This document shows, in pieces, positions 57,190 to 64,000 of a stretch of DNA of 64,000 nucleotides. The notes beneath the pieces are model-generated. The model did not search any database and was not told where the DNA came from. It saw only the letters and a program-made list of their open reading frames with translations. The DNA is from a virus: the IMG/VR virus record IMGVR_UViG_3300029286_002355, positions 64,001 to 128,000 of that record. The stretch is one strand, 5' to 3'. Made by a program: the position numbers and the translations under genes. Positions within the stretch are counted from its first letter, which is position 1. Each line of letters opens with the position of its first letter.

Positions 57190-57431
57190 AAATTCCTTAT
57201 GGCTTTTTCTATTTCATCATATTCAAAATGTTTACCCTGAAAAATTTTATCTCCTATTACGCAAGAAGGTAAATCGTCTATTCCGTGTTTTATAGCGATA
57301 TCAATAGCTGCCCTTGTTGTGCTCTTAACCTCTTTGATTTCAATTTTTCTATCCGATATAGCCGTTTTGAGAAAGCCCTTCATTCTTTCGCAATCTGGGC
57401 ATCCATCAGCATATATAAATAGAATTTCCAT
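57186..57431 (-). CDS. Thioredoxin/glutaredoxin-like protein
   Basis: CPDC, cis-Pro LPS. Confidence 0.85.
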   Translation of the reverse strand: MEILFIYADGCPDCERMKGFLKTAISDRKIEIKEVKSTTRAAIDIAIKHGIDDLPSCVIGDKIFQGKHFEYDEIEKAIRNL

Positions 57432-57455
57432 ATTGTAGTAGGGTTTGATATTTTT

Positions 57456-57668
57456 TCAAGGCTTTTCGTCCAATAATTCTTCAAATATTTCAAGTGGTCT
57501 TCTACCCCTTACTTTGAATTTATCAGCTATCATAAGCATTTGTTTGGCAGTAGGACACCAACAGGGATTAAAAACAAGGTGAAATTTCATCCACCTCTTC
57601 ATTTCGCCTACACCATCATAGGTTGGAATATCAAACAGAAGAAGTTGATCTGGCGTACTGAGTTTCAT
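57456..57668 (-). CDS. Hypothetical protein
   Basis: 70 aa, ATGA-coupled. Confidence 0.5.
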   Translation of the reverse strand: MKLSTPDQLLLFDIPTYDGVGEMKRWMKFHLVFNPCWCPTAKQMLMIADKFKVRGRRPLEIFEELLDEKP

Positions 57669-57940
57669 TTGTATTCTAGCTTCTGTTCGGAACTAGAACG
57701 GATCAAATCTAAATTTAGAACCTTACCCATTCTAGTTTCTTTTATTATATCAACGTATTTTTCCATTTCTTTATCTATCTCTTCTGCGGTTCTCTTCCCA
57801 AAAGAAGCAATTTCATTTCGGTGCTCTTGCATTCTTATTTTTCTACCATCATCTAATTCGTACACATATAAAACCGATTCTGCTTCTTTAACGTATTTAA
57901 CGCTAATGAGTCTGGCTTTTACTTTTTTAATCTCTGGCAT
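57665..57940 (-). CDS. Hypothetical protein
   Basis: 91 aa, AAGGTG RBS. Confidence 0.55.
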   Translation of the reverse strand: MPEIKKVKARLISVKYVKEAESVLYVYELDDGRKIRMQEHRNEIASFGKRTAEEIDKEMEKYVDIIKETRMGKVLNLDLIRSSSEQKLEYK

Positions 57941-57942
57941 TA

Positions 57943-58764
57943 CTACACCTTTGCTTTTTCTATTAAACCCCTTACCAACTTGTCCACCCTGTCCTTAAAC
58001 GAGTTTTTAAGAACCTCCTTAAACACTTTGATCTGATCTTCCATGATTTCCTTATTGGCCTTTAAAATGAAAGTGGTTAAATTAGATAGTCCATCTTCGC
58101 CATAGACGCTTAAAAGAAGCCAATCGTGGAATGTACGATAATTTTCCCTTTGCTTTATTTGTAGCTCTGAAAATGTTCCTATTTTTTTATCTAGATCATT
58201 TAACTGTTGATATAGCTTTTCTATAAGTTCTTCGGTAAGCGGAACACTTTCATCAACACGTTTTACACAGTTACATTGGGTGCTTAGTGGCAATTCTCCT
58301 CTCTGAATGTTGTATTTTGCGTAAGCTTTTTCGAATTTGTCTACACGACGATTGTAAATGTCATCGGGCCACAATCCATACATTCTGCATGACAATGGAC
58401 GATCTTTATAAACTGTGCATCTTCCTTCTTTGCTCAACAACATACAGGGTTTAACCATGGTTTCCATACCCCACTTAGCATATTCGTATCTGAAGAAATA
58501 TTCAACGCTAGTGCATACAATATCTAATATTTCTTCTATGTTCTTGGTTTCATATATAGTAGAAAGTATTTGAAGAAATTCAGAATAGTTAATTTGCGGC
58601 ATGGCAACCTTGCAACAAATATTTTGCTGCTTGCACGTGCTTTCCAAATTTATACTATCGTGGTATATGCTCTGTAAAACACTTTGTAAGTTGGTTCTTT
58701 TTCTAGCAATTTCAGACAACCTCTTCTGCCCTAGTTTCTTATGCTTTTTTGATTTATTTCCCAT
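57943..58764 (-). CDS. YkgJ-family cysteine-cluster (Fe-S/Zn) protein
   Basis: CKQQNICC, CMLL...GRCTVYKDRPLSCR. Confidence 0.8.
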   Translation of the reverse strand: MGNKSKKHKKLGQKRLSEIARKRTNLQSVLQSIYHDSINLESTCKQQNICCKVAMPQINYSEFLQILSTIYETKNIEEILDIVCTSVEYFFRYEYAKWGMETMVKPCMLLSKEGRCTVYKDRPLSCRMYGLWPDDIYNRRVDKFEKAYAKYNIQRGELPLSTQCNCVKRVDESVPLTEELIEKLYQQLNDLDKKIGTFSELQIKQRENYRTFHDWLLLSVYGEDGLSNLTTFILKANKEIMEDQIKVFKEVLKNSFKDRVDKLVRGLIEKAKV

Positions 58765-58794
58765 GGTTCTCCTTTATAATATTATACAATAACT

Positions 58795-60111
58795 CTACTT
58801 TTTAATATATGGCAACAGTCCTAATACTTCTACTTTTTTTAATTTTTTTACAATAAACTCAAATTTTGCTCCCAACACTTTTTCAACATAGTGTTTTTTA
58901 ATAACAATTCTCCGAAGGTACGACTTCCAAAACTTAAATGTGGAATCAAACCCAGTTACCTCAACATATTTATTTTCTTTTGGAAAATAAAAATCATATC
59001 TACAAGAACCTAACCCTCCATACTTCTTATTGTACGAAAAGTTAATTTTCTGAATTCGATATTGGATATAAAAATAAGCATCAATCATAGACGAGCAAAC
59101 AGTTCCATCGTCTAACATAACCCCATTACAAGACGGACAACCGTTGCCGTCAACTCTTCCCATTATTCTAGCTTTCCATTCAAAGCCACACCTACTGCAT
59201 TTCCACCATACGGATAAATTGCTCCCCCAACTAACATCAAACGGAGTTAATTTTCCATTTTTGGTTGGATGCCATTCTCTTGATAACTCTAGATTTTTAG
59301 ATCCTAATGAGTCACACTTAAAGCAAGACTTTAATCCTTTATTCCTCGCAAGGATTGATGCCAACCATTCGTTTTTACACTTTCCACATTTCCACCATAC
59401 TTTTCTTTTACTGCCATAAGTTACATGATACGGAGTAACACTTCCATTCTTACTGGCATTCCATTCCGAAGCCAGTCTAGGATTTTGAGAGGCTAAACAA
59501 TTACATATGGGGCAAGATTTTTCCAGAACACTCCTCGCTCTAATTTCCGCATCCCATTCGTGTCCGCATTTATTGCATTTCCACCATACTTTTTTACCGG
59601 ATCTATAATCAACATCAAACGGAGTTAATTTTCCATTTTTGGTTGGATGCCATTCTCTTGATAATCCAATTTCTTTTTCCCCCAGAGAATTACACTTAGA
59701 ACATTTTGTTATTCTATTATCTTGTGTTCTTAATAGAGGCGAAGACGCCCATTCATAACCACATTTATTACATTTCCACCATACTTTTTTACCGGATCTA
59801 AGGCTTATTTTATTAGGGGTCAAATCTCCGTTTTTGGTTGGATGCCATTCTTCTGCTAATTCTGGACATTTTTTAGACAAAGAATTATTTTCCGTAATGG
59901 CTCTCCCTATACACGATGGACAATTATAATTTCTAATTCTATTGTTTATTATTGCTTCCCATTCATAACTACACTTATTACATTTCCACCATACTTTTTT
60001 ATTACTTCTATAACAAAAATCCTTTGGAGTCAAATTTCCGTTTTTGGTTGGATGCCACTGCTCTAACAAAGTAGGACAGGAATCGCTTAAGTTTCTATGC
60101 GAATGTTTCAT
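58795..60111 (-). CDS. Zinc-ribbon-repeat putative homing endonuclease
   Basis: Five EWHPTKN/EWNASKN..KVWWKC..C repeats; same C-terminal YDFYFP..EVTGF domain as 16311..17156. Confidence 0.78.
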   Translation of the reverse strand: MKHSHRNLSDSCPTLLEQWHPTKNGNLTPKDFCYRSNKKVWWKCNKCSYEWEAIINNRIRNYNCPSCIGRAITENNSLSKKCPELAEEWHPTKNGDLTPNKISLRSGKKVWWKCNKCGYEWASSPLLRTQDNRITKCSKCNSLGEKEIGLSREWHPTKNGKLTPFDVDYRSGKKVWWKCNKCGHEWDAEIRARSVLEKSCPICNCLASQNPRLASEWNASKNGSVTPYHVTYGSKRKVWWKCGKCKNEWLASILARNKGLKSCFKCDSLGSKNLELSREWHPTKNGKLTPFDVSWGSNLSVWWKCSRCGFEWKARIMGRVDGNGCPSCNGVMLDDGTVCSSMIDAYFYIQYRIQKINFSYNKKYGGLGSCRYDFYFPKENKYVEVTGFDSTFKFWKSYLRRIVIKKHYVEKVLGAKFEFIVKKLKKVEVLGLLPYIKK

Positions 60112-60119
60112 GTTATAGT

Positions 60120-60144
60120 ATTCGATAAAATCTGAATAATTCCT
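60120..60144 (-). promoter_or_regulatory. Sigma-H-like promoter AGGAATT-11-ATCGAAT
   Basis: Full consensus directly upstream of ATG 60111. Confidence 0.7.
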
Positions 60145-60178
60145 TTGTTTATTTTATTAGAGAAACAGATATTCGCAG

Positions 60179-62716
60179 CTATTCAATTCTTTTTATCTCA
60201 CTTAAACCGCATAACCCAGCATGTTTTTCTATAATGATGTTGTTTTTTAGCCGCTGTTGTATTTCTGGACTATGCGTAATTATCATGACCCTATCAAATC
60301 TGTTTTCCAGTCTTTCTAGCATTTTAAAAACAGATTCAACATGCGAATTATCTAGACAGTTAAATATTTCGTCAAGGCAAACCAATCCGGGCTTTTGGGA
60401 GGATCTTGAAAACGATAACAAAGCCAAACCTACATCAACCGCCAATCGAACAATCATTTGCTCTCCACCGCTCAACATTTCGTAGGTATCTGCCGACCCT
60501 CCCGTTATAGTCATATCAACCTTGGAACTATCATTAATAAACATTTTAACCACTACTTCTCCATGGCTTAAAATATCCAAGAATTCTCTGATATAGACAT
60601 TGAGTAGCGGAAGGTATTTTTTTACAATACGTGTTTGTATTCCTTCTAGCCCATAAATTTCTTCAAGAATTAACATCCTCTTTAGAGTCTTGCCTTCTTT
60701 TTCAAACTCTTTTCTTTTGTTTTCTAGGTTTGTTTTTAACTGTTCGAAATTTTCTATTTCTTTACCCAAGAATCCAACTTTTTCTGAGTATTTTTGTTTG
60801 CGCTGCGAATACTCATCTTTCTTCTTTTTGTTCTCTTCTAGCTTGGCTTTTACAATGGCCGCTTCTGCCTCTGCCTGTTTGTATTTTTGAGTTAATTCCG
60901 ACAATTTGTTTTGAATAGATTCGATTTCAACCTTAAAGCGGGTTTCAATTTCAATACACTTCTGTTTGTATTCTTTGGATTTGAGTTCAAGCCCCTTTAT
61001 AGATTTACTGGATTCCTCTATTTCGGTTTTTTCAACTTTAAGAGTGGCTTCAACCTCTTTGAGTCTTTCATGGTATTCCGTGAATGATTTAAACTCGGCA
61101 AGAATATCGTTATGTTCTATCTGACTCTGTAGGCTTCCTCTTGCTCGATTCTCTAAATTAGACAAAAACGCTTTATCAACGGATAACTTCTCAGAAATCT
61201 CTTTCATAATTCTTGTTTTTTCTTCGCAAGCAAGAAGAGCTTCTTTTAGTTTGGATTCTATATGGTCTTTTGTCACCTTCATTTTGCATTCGCTACAAAT
61301 GAAAGAATCACCCTTTTTAAGTTGGTTCTGAAATTTAAGTATAATTTCCTGATATTCCTGCACTTTCGACTTGAGTTTGGATATCTCGCCAACTTTTTCC
61401 TCAACATTTACTTTAGCATTTGGAATCAGTTTTTCTACTTCGGTTTTGGCATCAATAATTTTTTTGAGTTGGGCTAACTTGTTTTCTTTTTCTCCTTTGT
61501 TGAAAGCCTTTATCTTGTTCTCTAGGATTGTCTTTCGTTCTATGCCCTTACAAACCCTATCTTCTTTGGTCTGTAAGGAAGCACTCTGTTTAAGGAGTTC
61601 CGCTTCTGATTCTTTTTGAAGTTTATCCCAATCCGCTAATTGTTTTGCGCATTCTTCTTCTCTTTCTTTCTTTTGTTTTTTGTAATTTCTCCCTTCTTCC
61701 ATAATCAGTCCTAATTTGGAAATAGGCTCTGACTTTGAAAGAAGATCGATTTCGTTCTGTAAATCCGTAATGTTCTTGTCGCATAAAATAACCTTTTCGT
61801 TACATTCCTTTTGGATAACGGATAAAGCGTTTACGAGCCCCTGAGGAGAATCTATTTTTGATTTATCTTCCATTATCCCCATCATGTCTTCGTAATTAAT
61901 GTAAGCTTTAAGGAACATATCTTCAAGAAAAGAAACATTGGATTGGATCGCTTGAACAACCTTATCTTGAGCATTTTTTTTCTTACGCAAATTTTCCAAG
62001 CATCCAACTACTACATTTTCCAAACGCAAAAGACTAATTAACATTTCTTTCCTAGTTTTGTCGCCGCCAGTTAGATATTTCCCAGCATCGTTTTGTCCAA
62101 ACATCTGACTGTTAACAAAAACATCGTAATCCTGAGTAATAACATCGGAAATAGATTCTTTAGTATCGGTTGTTCTATGGCCCGACAAGCTATCAGAACC
62201 GTCTTTGCTAATGCATTCAAATTCCAACAAAGGAGTGCTACTTTTCTGAGTTGAAACAAAAGTCCTGCCTCTCTTAATACGATATATCCTATCCGCATCT
62301 TCCAAAAATTCTTCTACATAGGATTCTCTTAGATTGGGTGGATATTTCCCATTTATCTTTGTTACAACAGATAAACCCGCTTTTTCTACCTTATCTGAAT
62401 TCCTAGTCTTACGAACAATTTTTTCATAATGGGCATAACAAATTCCCTCCATGATACTGCTTTTACCCACTCCATTAGACATATCGACATTACCATCTAC
62501 TAATCCTATGATGCCTAATTGTTTTTCTATGCCCCTTTGTTTAGCTTTCTTAATATGGGTAACAGGATCTTTTTTAACCCCCTCATATATGTCATCCATG
62601 GTTATTTTTTCTTCTTTCAAGTCCATCTTTTGTTGAGAAGTAAGATCGAATACAATAGTGTTATTACTTTCCCCGAAGCGAAGAAAGTTATGGAACTTCA
62701 TGGCGTAAACTTGCAT
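60179..62716 (-). CDS. sbcC: SbcC/Rad50-type ATPase
   Basis: NGVGKS, coiled coil with CSEC hook, LSGGEQ, CLDEIF, ITH. Confidence 0.93.
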   Translation of the reverse strand: MQVYAMKFHNFLRFGESNNTIVFDLTSQQKMDLKEEKITMDDIYEGVKKDPVTHIKKAKQRGIEKQLGIIGLVDGNVDMSNGVGKSSIMEGICYAHYEKIVRKTRNSDKVEKAGLSVVTKINGKYPPNLRESYVEEFLEDADRIYRIKRGRTFVSTQKSSTPLLEFECISKDGSDSLSGHRTTDTKESISDVITQDYDVFVNSQMFGQNDAGKYLTGGDKTRKEMLISLLRLENVVVGCLENLRKKKNAQDKVVQAIQSNVSFLEDMFLKAYINYEDMMGIMEDKSKIDSPQGLVNALSVIQKECNEKVILCDKNITDLQNEIDLLSKSEPISKLGLIMEEGRNYKKQKKEREEECAKQLADWDKLQKESEAELLKQSASLQTKEDRVCKGIERKTILENKIKAFNKGEKENKLAQLKKIIDAKTEVEKLIPNAKVNVEEKVGEISKLKSKVQEYQEIILKFQNQLKKGDSFICSECKMKVTKDHIESKLKEALLACEEKTRIMKEISEKLSVDKAFLSNLENRARGSLQSQIEHNDILAEFKSFTEYHERLKEVEATLKVEKTEIEESSKSIKGLELKSKEYKQKCIEIETRFKVEIESIQNKLSELTQKYKQAEAEAAIVKAKLEENKKKKDEYSQRKQKYSEKVGFLGKEIENFEQLKTNLENKRKEFEKEGKTLKRMLILEEIYGLEGIQTRIVKKYLPLLNVYIREFLDILSHGEVVVKMFINDSSKVDMTITGGSADTYEMLSGGEQMIVRLAVDVGLALLSFSRSSQKPGLVCLDEIFNCLDNSHVESVFKMLERLENRFDRVMIITHSPEIQQRLKNNIIIEKHAGLCGLSEIKRIE

Positions 62717-63990
62717 TATTTAGCCTCCGTTGCTTCTTTATAGATATCCGTAGACATTTGAATCAAAATGTCCTGTTCCTCTTTGATTACTTCACGTTCT
62801 TTGATCATGTCGTTGATAGTTCCCAACACAACCACTTCATTAATGCGCCCTTCCCCCAAAATAGTTTCTTCAATTTCCATAGCTTCTTTGTCTTCTTCTT
62901 CGTCAATTACTTTTTGTTCATGGAATACATGTATGGGATTTATTTTCTGACGAATCTTTCTTTTAATCTCTTCCAATCCCAAAGAGAAATCCATCAACTC
63001 ATTATTATTTCCAACAAAAGATATCTTAACGATAGCTCCCTTGAACCCCTTAGGAACGGCATCCAAAGTGTTTTCTATCTGTTTAATATTACCTTTTAGT
63101 TCAAGCATCGGACGGCAGTTGGGATATTCAATAAATTTACATTTACCCATTGGAGAATTTTCAACTATTTTATCATCATAAACTACAAAACCCTTTTTGT
63201 GGTCTATTTCTGTCATATCTGTTTTTTCTATACTGCCACAATACATAGAGATACTGTTTTTAACTGGAAGAATTTGAAACTGATGATAGTCTCCAAGGAA
63301 TATATATTTTGCACCTATTAACTCCAAATCTTCAAGACCAATATCGTTTAAGTTGGTGTTGTAGAAATTTTTCTTGCCTGTTGTTGTTGTATTCGTAATC
63401 GTGCGCTCGGTTTGTAACTCAACATATTGGCTTTTAATAGCACCCTTAACCCCAAAATGACCGAAAAAAAGTTTTTCTTTCAAAGCTAACTCAGGTTGCT
63501 CTTTAATTTTCGCCTCTACTTGCCTAATAAAAGTGTGTAGCTGATCCTTGATAAGTATTTTCCCTTGTTCAACCTCCATCGAATAAGGAAATAGCAAAAG
63601 AAGTTTGTCTTTGAATTCTAGAATCTGAGGGGTTTCAACAACCTTGATATTCTTAAACTGGGATCTGGCAATGGGGCGAAGGGCGTGGTGCTTCTTACAA
63701 ACATCATGATTCCCTACCAAAATAATAATGGGTATCTTGGCTTCGGTTAGTTCTCTTAGTTTGGCATTAAAGAAAGCTCTAACATCATTAGAAGGATCAA
63801 AGGTTTCAAAAGAATCGCCTGCTATAACAATCAGATCAGGTTTAATTTGATCTTTGTTTAGAGAAATCATATATTCGAATGACTTCATGAAATCAACGGA
63901 TCTAAAAGGCATATCGGAATACCCTTTATCCATAACACCTTTATAAACCGATTTATTAAGGTGTAAATCTGCCATGATGCTTATTTTCAA
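62716..63990 (-). CDS. sbcD: SbcD/Mre11-type nuclease
   Basis: ADLH, AGDSF, GNHD, GH, GDYH, YCGS; TTG start near the window edge. Confidence 0.93.
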   Translation of the reverse strand: MKISIMADLHLNKSVYKGVMDKGYSDMPFRSVDFMKSFEYMISLNKDQIKPDLIVIAGDSFETFDPSNDVRAFFNAKLRELTEAKIPIIILVGNHDVCKKHHALRPIARSQFKNIKVVETPQILEFKDKLLLLFPYSMEVEQGKILIKDQLHTFIRQVEAKIKEQPELALKEKLFFGHFGVKGAIKSQYVELQTERTITNTTTTGKKNFYNTNLNDIGLEDLELIGAKYIFLGDYHQFQILPVKNSISMYCGSIEKTDMTEIDHKKGFVVYDDKIVENSPMGKCKFIEYPNCRPMLELKGNIKQIENTLDAVPKGFKGAIVKISFVGNNNELMDFSLGLEEIKRKIRQKINPIHVFHEQKVIDEEEDKEAMEIEETILGEGRINEVVVLGTINDMIKEREVIKEEQDILIQMSTDIYKEATEAK

Positions 63991-64000
63991 AGTAGTTCCC

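Noticed and set aside
58795-60111. Regularly spaced DNA repeats (TTTTGGTTGGATGCCA, TTTCCACCATAC) resembling a CRISPR array
   Set aside because: They are in-frame coding repeats of the zinc-ribbon protein, with ~180-190 nt period and no unique spacers
17293-62716. Inteins in ligA, recJ, dnaX, topA or sbcC
   Set aside because: Lengths are ordinary and no C/S...HN-C/S/T intein boundaries or embedded endonuclease were seen
1959-63099. Numerous 60-150 aa plus-strand or nested ORFs in the track
   Set aside because: They lie antisense to or inside long conserved genes, lack RBS or motifs, and show F/L/S/I-rich shadow composition
1-64000. Alternative genetic code (stop-codon reassignment) as in some large phages
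   Set aside because: Long genes (ligA, topA, sbcC, helicase) are intact in the standard code and use all three stops at normal ends
1-64000. tRNA, rRNA or CRISPR loci
   Set aside because: No cloverleaf, rRNA-like or repeat-spacer structure recognised in the short intergenic gaps; a tRNAscan/Infernal run would be needed to exclude them fully

Overview
This window looks like part of a large, AT-rich (jumbo-type) bacteriophage genome, read in the standard genetic code and almost entirely on the minus strand. It is not a bacterial chromosome segment: it has dense hypothetical genes, many free-standing homing endonucleases, a tail-tube-like gene and a phage-style DNA-metabolism set. That set comprises a flap/5'-3' exonuclease, NAD-dependent ligase, RecJ, TopA, SbcCD, a Pol III beta clamp with delta and gamma/tau subunits, and a sigma-H-like sigma factor. 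The OmpA domain and lipoprotein suggest a diderm host, and the NrdG-like radical SAM gene suggests an anaerobic or facultative one (both inferences). Main observations: (1) an ~8 kb envelope/membrane-remodelling cassette with a vWA lipoprotein, PspA/ESCRT-III, an SBP-OmpA fusion, ABC permease and ATPase, a 2TM coiled-coil protein and a Vps4/CDC48-type AAA ATPase that carries a 1-nt frameshift in Walker A, downstream of pncB; (2) IS607 tnpA and a tnpB separated by a 5.3 kb restriction-modification-like cargo bounded by an 11-bp direct repeat whose removal gives an overlapping tnpA-tnpB pair; (3) a TnpB IS inserted at TTTAT inside an HNH gene, with the intact gene and the predicted guide target reconstructable; (4) two LAGLIDADG genes that split a resident gene, leave its old 5' end upstream and supply a replacement 5' end; (5) a sigma-H-type promoter motif in front of mobile nucleases and putative late genes, and a separate TGTATAATATCYC motif in front of replication genes; (6) three unrelated proteins sharing a C-terminal (I/V)GSLE(L/V) motif. 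No tRNA, rRNA or CRISPR array was recognised by eye. All family assignments come from motif recognition, not database searches.
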